Source of the DNA: Patescibacteria group bacterium | GTDB lineage: Bacteria > Patescibacteriota > Patescibacteriia > JBAZBY01 | DNA length: 64,000 bases | Reading direction: 5' to 3' | NCBI GenBank assembly: GCA_041671225.1 | Contig: JBAZBY010000001.1 | Location: 622,940 to 686,939 of the forward strand | Shown here: positions 47,288 to 57,038 of the stretch, piece by piece | Position numbering within the stretch: position 1 is the first letter of the stretch | How the letters are laid out: every line of letters begins with the position of its first letter | Program-made: the position numbers and the translations under genes | Notes under the pieces: model-generated | What the model saw: only the letters and a program-made list of their open reading frames with translations | Database searches by the model: none | Told to the model about the DNA's origin: nothing

Positions 47288-48196
47288 ATGAGAGAGAATA
47301 AAGTCACACATATCCAAATACCATCCATTAGCATCGGACTTGGTGGTATTATGCTCATGTGGCTTACCGTTGGGTTTTCCGTTCCCTTGGTGAATATTCT
47401 GCACGATTTTCCGGCTGAGCAGTTATTGTTCATTCGGGGATTTGTGACAATCATCGTCTTGCTTCCGTGGCTCTTGCGGGAACGACTCGCGGTCAGCAGG
47501 AAGAATGTGCTGTTGGCGCTTTCTTTTGGGTTGGCTTCCATCGGATTATTCGCCGGTACGCGCATCTGGGGGCCGAACCCGACCATCATCGTTTTTTCCG
47601 CATCACCGATACTCAACGTGCTGTTTGCCCGCTGGCGCGGCCGAAGGATCGGCATACCCCCTATCGCTGCATTCATCACATTGTTTCTTGGGATTATCGT
47701 CATGCTTCAGCCATGGGCTGTGCAGGGGGAATTTCATCTCAGCGGCTTACTCTGGAGTCTTTTTGGCATGACCATGAATGCCGTTTTTCAAGAGATCCTG
47801 GGGCAGAGCAGTAATGCTTCTCCGCTTAGCCGCTCATTGTGGCAGTCGTTTGGATGCATTGCCGTTGGCGGGTTATCGATTCTATGGGTGCCATGGTTGT
47901 GGGCAATAGCGGAAGGACATCAGGTATGGTCACTCATCGGATTTGGGCTTCTCTCCGGAGTGTTGAATTTGCGAAGCAACACATTGGCGTTTGATCATCT
48001 GCCGACTGCGGTGGCAAGCATACTCGCGGCTGGAGCAGCTCCGGCCACGATCATCATCAGCAATTGGCTCTTGCATACGACGCTCTCTGTTGCGCAGTGG
48101 GGTGGCGTTGCTCTGGCAATGGCCAGCGTGGCTTATCTGAGTGCATGGTTAGGGAAGAAATCCTTTGGCACAAAAGGAGTGGCGGTTCAGGATTAA
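47288..48196 (+). CDS. DMT/EamA family transporter
   Basis: About ten TM helices, 'LLFIRG', SPIL..LFA, 'QWGGVAL'. Confidence 0.8.
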   Translation: MRENKVTHIQIPSISIGLGGIMLMWLTVGFSVPLVNILHDFPAEQLLFIRGFVTIIVLLPWLLRERLAVSRKNVLLALSFGLASIGLFAGTRIWGPNPTIIVFSASPILNVLFARWRGRRIGIPPIAAFITLFLGIIVMLQPWAVQGEFHLSGLLWSLFGMTMNAVFQEILGQSSNASPLSRSLWQSFGCIAVGGLSILWVPWLWAIAEGHQVWSLIGFGLLSGVLNLRSNTLAFDHLPTAVASILAAGAAPATIIISNWLLHTTLSVAQWGGVALAMASVAYLSAWLGKKSFGTKGVAVQD

Positions 48197-48249
48197 TTGC
48201 AACACGGAATACAAAGCACCGGGTTGTTTTTGTATGGTAGAATAAAATC

Positions 48250-48882
48250 ATGAGCACACTTCTTCTCACATCAGACTCCAAAGTTCTCCACAATAGTCTT
48301 GCAGGTGCCGTCGGTAAGCCTGAAAAAGAACTTAAGGCGCTCTTCATGATTACTGCATCTATGGGTATTCCTGATCGTGCGTATGTTGCAAGACACCGCG
48401 AGGTTATGCAAGACAGGGGTATTGCGTTCGAAGAGTATGATTGTGAGGGGAAGTCATTGGAAGAACATCGTGCAGCTTTTGAGGGTCAAGATGTTCTTAT
48501 TGTTATCGGCGGGAATCCGTTCCACCTTCTGGAAGCAGTGCGAGTGAGTCGTTTTGATCAGGCGGTTTATGAATTTATTGATCGTGGCGGAGTGTACAGC
48601 GGAGGAAGCGCTGGTGCATACATCGCTTGTCCGGATATTGGTATCAGTGAACTTAGCCACTGGAATACGCCGGAGTACCGCGGTGGTCTTTCCGATCTTA
48701 CCGCTATGGATCTCGTACCGTTTTATATTAAGGCGCATTATCTTCCGGAGCAGGAAGAAGAGATGCGCGCGTTTGCTGAGAAAGCCGCATACCCTTTGCG
48801 TGTATTAAAAGATGGACAAGGCTTGCTCGTACGAGACGGGAATGTGGAGTTTATCGGAGAAGGTGAGGAGGTTATACTCTAA
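48250..48882 (+). CDS. Peptidase E (S51) / type-1 glutamine amidotransferase-like
   Basis: LLLTS, ITAS, GGNPF.LL, GGSAGA nucleophile elbow, AHY. Confidence 0.85.
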   Translation: MSTLLLTSDSKVLHNSLAGAVGKPEKELKALFMITASMGIPDRAYVARHREVMQDRGIAFEEYDCEGKSLEEHRAAFEGQDVLIVIGGNPFHLLEAVRVSRFDQAVYEFIDRGGVYSGGSAGAYIACPDIGISELSHWNTPEYRGGLSDLTAMDLVPFYIKAHYLPEQEEEMRAFAEKAAYPLRVLKDGQGLLVRDGNVEFIGEGEEVIL

Positions 48883-49616
48883 TGCATATCAAACTCCTCC
48901 AGTGGAACATTCTCTTTGATGAGAAATACGAAAATATTCTCCGCGAATTGAAGAAAATCAATGCGGATGTGTTGTGTCTGGAAGAGGCGACAACGCAGAG
49001 TCCGGTGAACCGCAAGCGCCACGTTGCGGATGATCTTGCGCGCGCTCTTGGCATGCACGTGCATTATGGTCGGGCCGGGCACTGGGAAGGCAGACACTTC
49101 GGCAATGCCGTGCTTTCGCGTTTTCCGATCGTGAAGCGCAGGATGATTCCCCTCAAGATCCACGAGGCGTATCACGATACCCCTGAATACATCAAGCGGG
49201 GGTATGTTGAAGCGACGCTGAATATTCGCGGAAAACGGTTGGCTGTCGGCGTGACGCATCTGGCATTCCGACGCCGTTTTCATCATACACCGGTAAAAGT
49301 GAAGGAGGCGGACAGGCTTATGGAGATCGTCCGGAAGCGCAAGAAAAATTACATCCTTTGTGGGGATATGAATGCCCTTCCGCAGAGCTATACGATCCGG
49401 CATTTTAAAAAATGCCTTGTGAATGCCGGACCTCCATACCGTGAAAAATCATTTACGACTATCCCGTTTACGTTTGAGGGATGGCACGCCCGCCGTTTGC
49501 ACTACCGCGTGGATTATTGTTTTACCACGCCCGATATCCGCGTTAAGACTGCCCGCTTTCTTGGGGATGTGAAAGCCTCTGACCATCTCCCCATTCTTAT
49601 TGAGCTTGAAGTGTAA
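48882..49616 (+). CDS. Endonuclease/exonuclease/phosphatase (EEP) family protein
   Basis: QWNI, ADVLCLEE, GNAVLSRFP, THL, GDMN, VDY, ASDHLP. Confidence 0.9.
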   Translation: MHIKLLQWNILFDEKYENILRELKKINADVLCLEEATTQSPVNRKRHVADDLARALGMHVHYGRAGHWEGRHFGNAVLSRFPIVKRRMIPLKIHEAYHDTPEYIKRGYVEATLNIRGKRLAVGVTHLAFRRRFHHTPVKVKEADRLMEIVRKRKKNYILCGDMNALPQSYTIRHFKKCLVNAGPPYREKSFTTIPFTFEGWHARRLHYRVDYCFTTPDIRVKTARFLGDVKASDHLPILIELEV

Positions 49617-49640
49617 CACTTCGCACCCCTTGACCGATTA
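49612..49640 (+). promoter_or_regulatory. Putative ECF-sigma autoregulatory promoter
   Basis: TGTAAC-N17-CGATTA just upstream of the ECF gene; motif recurs at 50313-50340. Confidence 0.6.
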
Positions 49641-49649
49641 CCTTATTAT

Positions 49650-50174
49650 ATGACTGAAGCGGAAATCCAGGAGTTTGTGCAGCAGGCTCGCGACGGGGAC
49701 GCAGAGGCGTTTGGTGTTCTTTTTGAGGAATTTAGTGATCGCGTATACCGTTTTCTCGCCATGCGCGTTTCAGAGAAGGAAACAGCGGAAGATATCACGC
49801 AAACGGTGTTTGTTGAAATGATTCAGTCGCTCGGTCGATATAAGAAGCAAAGGAATGCAAAGTTTTCGACCTGGCTTTTCCAAATTGCGCGTTTTCGGCT
49901 CATTGATCATTATCGCAGTAAAAAGGCGCACATACCGCTCGAAGACGTTCCAGAGCCCGTTCAGGAGCCCGCACACGCAGATCCAGTCCAGGACAGGGCA
50001 TTACGTGACGCTTTGAACACATTACCAGAACAACAGCGCACCGTACTGCACCTTCATTTTTTTGAGGACATGTCTCCCCAGGAAATTGCGGTCGTCCTAA
50101 AGACAACAGCAATCAATGTCCGCGTCATTCAGCATCGAGCCATTAAAGTTTTGCGCACTCTTATTACCATATAA
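49650..50174 (+). CDS. ECF RNA polymerase sigma factor
   Basis: GDAEAF..LF, AEDITQ.VF, FSTWLFQIAR, LP..QR.VL.L.F, EIA, VRV.QHRA. Confidence 0.95.
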   Translation: MTEAEIQEFVQQARDGDAEAFGVLFEEFSDRVYRFLAMRVSEKETAEDITQTVFVEMIQSLGRYKKQRNAKFSTWLFQIARFRLIDHYRSKKAHIPLEDVPEPVQEPAHADPVQDRALRDALNTLPEQQRTVLHLHFFEDMSPQEIAVVLKTTAINVRVIQHRAIKVLRTLITI

Positions 50175-50175
50175 C

Positions 50176-51504
50176 ATGCAATTCCCATTTTTATATAACA
50201 TACGTGAAAACAACGACGATCTTCGCACGCGTTTTCAGGCTATGCAGACCCCGCATCTTTCTGTTGAGCACAAAAAGCGTATGCTTGGGGAATTACAAAA
50301 AACATTTAAAAATGTAACAACAAAGGATGACGCTCGATATAGGATGCGTCAACCATTTTATTTTTTTAGACAAACAAAACCTATGATCCCGATACTCGCA
50401 GCAATCGTTATTCTTCTCGGTGGTACCTTTGGCACGGCAGCAGCTGCTGATGCCGCAAAGCCCGGCGATGTATTTTTTGGCGTTGATCGTGCCGCAGAAC
50501 AAACAAGTCTCGCGTTTGCCTTTAGTGGCGAGAAGAAGGCTCGCATACGCACGAATATTGCAGAAGAGCGCGAACGCGAACGCGTGGAGCTGCAACAGGA
50601 AGGCCGCACAGAAGATGCCGCTCAGGCAGAGGAGCATGCGGATGTTGCGCTTGTCCAAGCCATTGAGACGATCTCTGATGTTCGTGTAAAAATAGAGGAA
50701 AAGGGGAATGACGATGCGTTGCAAGCGCTTACCGAGGTTGAAAATCGTCTTGAGGCATTACGCCAGATGCGTGATGACCGGGATGGTGATGCAGATGACT
50801 CTGGTGATGACATGACGGCGAAGGGATTAACAGAGGCCGAGGTGCACATTGAGAATGGCGTTGCAGAGGTACAGGTGGAATACAACGATGAAAAGCAGAC
50901 GTTCGTTCTGGTGACGAGCGATCGCGATGCCATTATTGCCGAGATTGTCGCACGAACCGGCGCGACAGAAGAAGCAGTGCGCGCTGCTGTGCGTATTGAG
51001 GAGAACGGCGTTGTTGATGAACCTATTGATGATGTGTCTGATGATGACAGCGCTGATAGCAGTGAAGACATCAATGATGATTCTCATGCAACCAATAGCA
51101 GCAATGGCGAGCAGGAACAAGAGCAGGAACAAGAGCAGGAACAAGAGCAGGAACAAGAACAGGAACAAGAGCAAGAACACGTGAACGGCAACACCAACCA
51201 GAATCAGGAGCAAGAGCAGGAGCAAGAACAGGATCGTGAAGAAGAGCATGCAAACACCAATACATCGGATGATGAGGAGCAAAGTGATGACGAACAGAAT
51301 CAGGAACAAGTGCGAAACGAAATTCGCGTTGAAGTGAACCAAGAAGATGGCAAGGCAGAGATCCACACTCGCATCGGCAGCGCTGAGATGGAATGGGAGC
51401 TCAAGACAACAAATCAGAACACAATCCTACTGAGCATCAGCGGAAAAACTGGACTTTCCGGCGCACAGATTCAGGCCGTGTGGCAATATAGCGTCGAAGA
51501 CTAA
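50176..51504 (+). CDS. Putative anti-sigma factor with TM, DUF5667-like domain and acidic EQ-repeat region
   Basis: Directly follows the ECF sigma; TM IPILAAIVILLGG; A.PGD.FF.VDRAAE...A.ER..E motif. Confidence 0.75.
   Translation: MQFPFLYNIRENNDDLRTRFQAMQTPHLSVEHKKRMLGELQKTFKNVTTKDDARYRMRQPFYFFRQTKPMIPILAAIVILLGGTFGTAAAADAAKPGDVFFGVDRAAEQTSLAFAFSGEKKARIRTNIAEERERERVELQQEGRTEDAAQAEEHADVALVQAIETISDVRVKIEEKGNDDALQALTEVENRLEALRQMRDDRDGDADDSGDDMTAKGLTEAEVHIENGVAEVQVEYNDEKQTFVLVTSDRDAIIAEIVARTGATEEAVRAAVRIEENGVVDEPIDDVSDDDSADSSEDINDDSHATNSSNGEQEQEQEQEQEQEQEQEQEQEQEHVNGNTNQNQEQEQEQEQDREEEHANTNTSDDEEQSDDEQNQEQVRNEIRVEVNQEDGKAEIHTRIGSAEMEWELKTTNQNTILLSISGKTGLSGAQIQAVWQYSVED
51109..51231 (+). repeat. 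Coding (Glu-Gln)n microsatellite, unit GA(G/A)CA(G/A)
   Basis: GAGCAGGAACAA tandem copies 51109-51177 and a second run 51205-51231. Confidence 0.9.
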
Positions 51505-51529
51505 TCATTAACATCCTAGGCGTTCTTTT

Positions 51530-51568
51530 CCAAAAGCCCCTGGCACCCCGTCCGGGGTTTTTGGTTTA
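51530..51568. terminator. Intrinsic terminator after the anti-sigma gene
   Basis: CCAAAAGCCCC...GGGGTTTTTGG followed by T-rich sequence. Confidence 0.6.
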
Positions 51569-51714
51569 TTATTTGAATAGAGTATGCAGCGTATAAAAAA
51601 CACACCCGGGGATTTTTGCCATGGGTGCTGCGATGCAACAATACGCTCGTCAAGAATTCTGGTATACTATTATTGTGTACATGTGTTAAGAAAGAGACAC
51701 GAACTTCACATACT

Positions 51715-54489
51715 ATGAGCCGAATCAGACGGGTAATCTTCATTATTATCGCACTCGCGTTTCTTGGAGTACTCCTCCTTGGGGGCGCCTTTAGGCTCAT
51801 CACTGATTGGTGGTGGTTTCAATCGATTAACCACACCACTTTTTTTACAACAATCCTCAGCTCACAGCTGCTTGTTGGTTTTGGGGTTGCGCTTTTTTCC
51901 TTCCTTTTTGTCTGGGTGAATTTACTACTCGTTCGGCGTTTTGCGGCACATCATTCTCGATCCTTCACCTTCCGTGCGGGCATAAAGGCCGGCATACCAC
52001 AAGTGAAGACCGTTGAGGTACAAAGCATTATTACTCGGCTCTCTTTTCCTCTTTCGTTGCTCATCGGGATCATGATGGGGTTTGCTGCAGCGAGTCAATG
52101 GGATACAGTCTTACTTTTTATGAATCAGACGGCGTTTCATGAAACAGACCCGCTTTTTGGACGGGACGTTGCGTATTATGTATTTACACTACCCTTCTTG
52201 CAGAATGCACTGTCTTTTGCTTTTACGCTCATTGTTATCGCAATTGTGGTAGCGTTCGTTCTGTACAATGTTCTTGGTGTTCTGGATTTTCGCGGCGGGA
52301 TACGTCAGGCGTTCCGTGGTTCCTTAAAGACCGTTGTTTCTGCGGCACGGCGGCATCTTGCACTTCTTGTTGCACTCTACTTTTTTCTTGTCGCGCTGAA
52401 GGATTACTTTGTTGATATTCCCAATCTCGTTTATTCTGCGGCAGGTTCCTTCACAGGCGCAGGGTATACCGACGTGACAATTCGCATTCCGCTTTTACAG
52501 ATCGGCGCAGTGCTTGCTTCACTTGTTGGAGCAGTACTCATCATTCATGCATTCCGTTCCAGTACCCGCCAGGTTGTAGGAACCATTTTTCTTTATTTCT
52601 TCATAACGATTATCGGTGGCGCAGTGGTACCAGGTATCGTGCAGCGTTTTATTGTGTCGCCGAATGAGCTTGTAAAAGAGGAGAAGTACATTGCATACAA
52701 TATTGCCGCAACGCAGGCTGCGTATGGCGTGGATACATTGGAAAAGCGCGACCTGTCCGGTGACACTTCGCTCACACAAGCAGATTTGGAAGCAAATTCC
52801 GGGACCATCAGAAACATCCGGTTATGGGAGCGCGCACCGTTACTGGATACCTTTGGTCAGATTCAGGAGATTCGCACATATTATGACTTTGTGTCCCTTG
52901 ATAACGACCGGTATACCATTGACGGAGAATTGCGCCAGACGCTTCTTTCTCCGCGTGAACTTTCTGCCGCTGCACTCCCGCAGCGCAATTTCATTAATGA
53001 GCATCTTACCTTCACGCACGGATTCGGGCTTACGCTCGGGCCGGTGAATGAGGTGACCCCAGAAGGCCTGCCCGTGCTCTTTATTAAGGATCTTCCGCCA
53101 GCATCGACAAAAAGTGAATTGGATGTGACCAGGCCGGAGATCTATTATGGGGAACTCGCAAATGATTTTGTCGTTGTGAATACTGACGCAGAGGAATTCA
53201 ACTATCCATCGGGTGAAGAGAATGTTTTTTCCACGTATGAAGGAGAAGGGGGAGTACCCGTGAATTCACTCTTCCGTAAACTTCTTTTTGCGCTTCGGTT
53301 TGGCTCAAACAAGCTCTTCTTTTCCAACGATATTACGACAGATTCCAAGATCATGTTCTATAGGGATATTCATGAGCGCGTACGACGATTGCTGCCGTTT
53401 TTGAAATTTGATCAAGATCCATATCTTGTGGTGCGGGAAGATGGCTCACTGACATGGATGTATGACGCGTATACAACGACGAATCGCTATCCGTATGCAG
53501 AACGCAGAACAGATGATCTCTTTGACCAAAATAAAACTGCGTCGGCAATTCCCGGAACATTGAATTACATCCGTAACAGCGTCAAGATCACTATTGATGC
53601 ATATGACGGAAGTATGACACTTTATACCGCAGACGCAGAGGATCCGCTCATCCAGACGTATGCAAAGATCTTTGATGATTCATTTGTGCCGCTGACAGAG
53701 ATGCCGGAGGACCTTCGTTCTCATATACGATATCCGGAAGATATTTATCGCTATCAAGCAGATATTTATAGCGTGTATCACATGGAAGAGCCGCAGATTT
53801 TTTACAATAAGGAAGATGAATGGCAGATCCCCACAAACACCGGTCAGGATGTGGGCGACCCCATCATGCGTCATCTTGTGATGAGCCTGCCAGATGAAGA
53901 GAATGAGGAGTTCATTTTGATGCTGCCGTATACTCCGCGCGGCAAGGATAACCTTGCGGCATGGATGGTTGCACGCAATGATGGCGAAAACTATGGAGAA
54001 TTGGTTGTGTATCGCTTCCCCAAGCAGGAGCTTGTCTTTGGCCCAACGCAGATCCGCAACCGCATCAACCAGAACCCAGACATTTCGCGGCAGATCTCCC
54101 TCTGGGACCAGCGCGGCTCAGAAGTGATTCAGGGGAGCCTGTTGGTGATTCCCATCGAATCCTCCTTGCTCTATGTGCAGCCGCTGTATTTGCGCGCGGA
54201 AGGCGGACGCATCCCGGAACTCAAGCGGGTGATCGTGGCAAACGGCAATAACATCGCCATGGCAGAGACGCTGGACCTCGCGCTCGCGCAGCTCTTTACT
54301 GATGCACCGCTGACGGTTGATGAAACAGTGGATGAGGCCACAACAACCATAGAAACGACAACCAACAGCACGGTGCTGGAGCAAGCACAGGCCGCGTATG
54401 AACGCGCCCTTGCCGCGCAAAAACGCGGTGACTGGGCAACGTATGGCACAGAGATCACCCTGCTTGGCGAGTTGTTAGGGGAGTTGTAA
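51715..54489 (+). CDS. UPF0182 family membrane protein
   Basis: DWWWF, DPLFG.DV.YYVF.LP, GAGYTDV, NIRLW, THGFG, PEIYYGE, NYIRNSVK..IDAYDG, LYVQPLY. Confidence 0.93.
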   Translation: MSRIRRVIFIIIALAFLGVLLLGGAFRLITDWWWFQSINHTTFFTTILSSQLLVGFGVALFSFLFVWVNLLLVRRFAAHHSRSFTFRAGIKAGIPQVKTVEVQSIITRLSFPLSLLIGIMMGFAAASQWDTVLLFMNQTAFHETDPLFGRDVAYYVFTLPFLQNALSFAFTLIVIAIVVAFVLYNVLGVLDFRGGIRQAFRGSLKTVVSAARRHLALLVALYFFLVALKDYFVDIPNLVYSAAGSFTGAGYTDVTIRIPLLQIGAVLASLVGAVLIIHAFRSSTRQVVGTIFLYFFITIIGGAVVPGIVQRFIVSPNELVKEEKYIAYNIAATQAAYGVDTLEKRDLSGDTSLTQADLEANSGTIRNIRLWERAPLLDTFGQIQEIRTYYDFVSLDNDRYTIDGELRQTLLSPRELSAAALPQRNFINEHLTFTHGFGLTLGPVNEVTPEGLPVLFIKDLPPASTKSELDVTRPEIYYGELANDFVVVNTDAEEFNYPSGEENVFSTYEGEGGVPVNSLFRKLLFALRFGSNKLFFSNDITTDSKIMFYRDIHERVRRLLPFLKFDQDPYLVVREDGSLTWMYDAYTTTNRYPYAERRTDDLFDQNKTASAIPGTLNYIRNSVKITIDAYDGSMTLYTADAEDPLIQTYAKIFDDSFVPLTEMPEDLRSHIRYPEDIYRYQADIYSVYHMEEPQIFYNKEDEWQIPTNTGQDVGDPIMRHLVMSLPDEENEEFILMLPYTPRGKDNLAAWMVARNDGENYGELVVYRFPKQELVFGPTQIRNRINQNPDISRQISLWDQRGSEVIQGSLLVIPIESSLLYVQPLYLRAEGGRIPELKRVIVANGNNIAMAETLDLALAQLFTDAPLTVDETVDEATTTIETTTNSTVLEQAQAAYERALAAQKRGDWATYGTEITLLGELLGEL

Positions 54490-54605
54490 AAGCCTCTCTC
54501 CTTGACAGAACGGGAGTGATAGGTTAGTATCAGTTGTTCATCGAATATCGAGCTATGTGCTATCTCTCGCTATTCAGAACGAGAGATTACTACATAACGA
54601 TATTC

Positions 54606-55862
54606 ATGAGAAACATCAATCGAAATTTTAAACGTGGTCGCACGCAGGGTGGCGGAAGTCAGCGCTCTGGCAGCAAGTTTTATCGTGGGCAGGGTGGCGG
54701 CGGCGGACAGCGACGCAGCAGAGGTGGCGGCGGCGGACGTGGCCGTGGGACGTATATTCACCCCGATAGGTACATCAACAAAGCAACGGTCCTCGATGAG
54801 CAGAAACCGTATCAATCAAAGCATACCTTTGCGGATTTTGGCTTCTTGCCGATTCTTGATAAGGCATGTACGAGAAAGGGATACACGACCCCAACCGCTA
54901 TTCAGGATGACGCGATTCCGCCGATTCTTGAAGGCAAGGACGTGATTGGTCTTGCGAATACCGGCTCAGGAAAGACCGCGGCATTTGTGCTGCCAATTAT
55001 TCAACATATTGTCGCAACACACACGAGCACCAAGGCATTGGTGGTTGCACCAACGCGTGAACTCGCGGTGCAGATAGAAGAAGAGTTCCGCGCGTTTAGC
55101 AATGGCCTGCGCATGAACACCGCGCTATGCGTGGGTGGCGCGAGCATGGGCAAACAGAAGGCGCAGCTTGCCCGTCGCCCGCAGGTGGTGATCGGCACGC
55201 CCGGACGCCTGAAGGATCTCACCGAACAACACATCTTGAAGCTGGGTGACGTGGATGTGCTCGTGCTTGATGAAGTGGATCGCATGCTCGACATGGGCTT
55301 TCTGCACGATGTGCGTTTTCTCATCGACAAGACAAATCCGAATCGTCAGTCATTATGCTTCAGCGCGACCATCACGCCGGCGATTGAGAAGTTGCTCGCG
55401 GACATGCTCAAAAACCCAGTGACGGTTTCTGTGCGCACGAGCCAGAAGCAGGAGCATATTGAACAGGAAGTGATCAAGGTGCGGAGCAAGGAAGACAAAA
55501 TTACCATGCTTTTAAAGCTCCTTGCGCAGCCGCAGTTTGATAAAGTGCTGGTCTTTGGCGGAACCAAGTGGGGCGTGCAGAAGCTTGCAGACGCGCTCAA
55601 CGCGAGAGGCCACACCGCGCAGGCGATTCATGGCAACAAAACACAGCCGCAGCGTCAGCGCGCTCTCCGTGCCTTTAAGGAAGGCAAGGTGAAGGTGTTG
55701 GTCGCAACGGACGTAGCCGCGCGCGGTTTGGATATTCCCAACGTGAGCCAGGTTGTGAACTTTGACGAGCCAATGAGCCATGATGATTACATTCACCGCA
55801 TCGGCCGTACGGGCCGCGCCGGCAAAGCTGGGCATGCACTGACATTCGTGGTCGGAGGATAA
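54606..55862 (+). CDS. DEAD-box RNA helicase with Gly/Arg-rich N-terminus
   Basis: PTAIQ, ANTGSGKT, PTRELA, TPGRL, DEVDRMLDMGF, SAT, ATDVAARGLD, HRIGRTGRAG; promoter TTGACA-N17-TAGTAT at 54502-54530. Confidence 0.96.
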   Translation: MRNINRNFKRGRTQGGGSQRSGSKFYRGQGGGGGQRRSRGGGGGRGRGTYIHPDRYINKATVLDEQKPYQSKHTFADFGFLPILDKACTRKGYTTPTAIQDDAIPPILEGKDVIGLANTGSGKTAAFVLPIIQHIVATHTSTKALVVAPTRELAVQIEEEFRAFSNGLRMNTALCVGGASMGKQKAQLARRPQVVIGTPGRLKDLTEQHILKLGDVDVLVLDEVDRMLDMGFLHDVRFLIDKTNPNRQSLCFSATITPAIEKLLADMLKNPVTVSVRTSQKQEHIEQEVIKVRSKEDKITMLLKLLAQPQFDKVLVFGGTKWGVQKLADALNARGHTAQAIHGNKTQPQRQRALRAFKEGKVKVLVATDVAARGLDIPNVSQVVNFDEPMSHDDYIHRIGRTGRAGKAGHALTFVVGG

Positions 55863-55993
55863 AGGGATTTTTGTGTCTAGAGGTTGACCGGGGTTGCGGA
55901 TACCAGTGCGTACTACGCCACGGGCAGAATCTCTTTTTAACTACCCGCGACCTATGTTATACTTTCTGCGTTAAAAACTAAGGGGGATTTTTT

Positions 55994-56776
55994 ATGCCAC
56001 AAATAATAAAAAAAGATCAGCGGTTTCAATCCTTACGCCGTTTCAATATTTTTATGGCCGTTTTGCACGCGGTGCAGGGCACGCTCATGCTGGTCTTGTC
56101 GAGAGATTTTTCTTTACCAGTTACAACGTCATACGTTGAGTATGATCCGTTTGCGGGTCAGCTCGCCGCAGAGACAGTAACAAAGTTTGAGTTCGCGATC
56201 GGCCCACTGATCGCTGGTTTCTTATTCCTCTCTTCCATCGCGCACCTTGCCGTGAGTCTTCCAGGTATCTATGAATGGTACAGGGAAAATCTCAAGAAAG
56301 GCCTTAACGTCGCACGTTGGGTAGAATATAGCGCATCATCTTCTTTAATGATCATTGTTATCGCAATGCTCGTTGGAGTCTATGATTTTTCCAGTCTCAT
56401 ACTTCTCTTTTCTCTGAATGCAATGATGATTCTTTTTGGCTGGGTGATGGAGGTTCACAATCAGACAACAGAAAAGACAAACTGGCTAAGTTACTGGTTT
56501 GGCGTTATTGCCGGCGCCGTGCCGTGGATCGTGGTTGCGCTGTATCTTTTTAATGCCGGCGAGGGCGAATTCCGCGCACCAGCATTCGTTTATTGGATCT
56601 ACTTTTCCATCTTCCTCTTCTTCAACGTGTTCGCTATCAATATGGTGCTGCAGTATAAGAAAGTGGGGAAGTGGCAGGACTACCTCTACGGCGAACGGGC
56701 ATATATTGTTTTGAGTCTTGTTGCAAAATCGTTACTTGCGTGGCAAGTATGGGCTGGTACTCTACGCCCTGTCTGA
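55994..56776 (+). CDS. heR: Heliorhodopsin
   Basis: LRRFN..MAVLHAVQG, AHL, N.ARWVEYS.SSSLM, GERAYIVLSLVAKSLLAWQV (retinal-binding Lys), seven TM helices. Confidence 0.93.
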   Translation: MPQIIKKDQRFQSLRRFNIFMAVLHAVQGTLMLVLSRDFSLPVTTSYVEYDPFAGQLAAETVTKFEFAIGPLIAGFLFLSSIAHLAVSLPGIYEWYRENLKKGLNVARWVEYSASSSLMIIVIAMLVGVYDFSSLILLFSLNAMMILFGWVMEVHNQTTEKTNWLSYWFGVIAGAVPWIVVALYLFNAGEGEFRAPAFVYWIYFSIFLFFNVFAINMVLQYKKVGKWQDYLYGERAYIVLSLVAKSLLAWQVWAGTLRPV

Positions 56777-56854
56777 TAATTAGCCTGAACTGACGAAAAA
56801 CCTGCCCGTGCTCATCTTCTTGACAAGAAGGAGCGTTTGGCGTAGATTTGATTG

Positions 56855-56929
56855 TTCACTTTTTGCCGGATAGTCCGGTATGGGTGGTGCGCGCACAGAT
56901 CGGCCCCGCGCGCGCCACCCAATTTTTTT
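56855..56929 (+). ncRNA. Candidate small RNA (promoter + hairpin + terminator, no ORF)
   Basis: TTGACA-N17-TAGATT (56820-56848), hairpin TGCCGGA-TAG-TCCGGTA, terminator TGGGTGGTGCGCGC/GCGCGCGCCACCCA + T7. Confidence 0.4.
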
Positions 56930-57038
56930 ATCCGCTTTCGCCCTGGCGCAGGCAGTGTTTCATTTGACATGGGTGCTTTCTCATTCTAGGGTGAACCTGT
57001 CCAACTCTCTGTGCTCTATGCACATACCAGGAGGCAGT

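Noticed and set aside
55815-55833. CCGGC-AAA-GCTGG hairpin in the DEAD-box helicase as another palindrome insertion
   Set aside because: It overlaps the end of conserved helicase motif VI (GRAGK.G), so protein constraint explains it.
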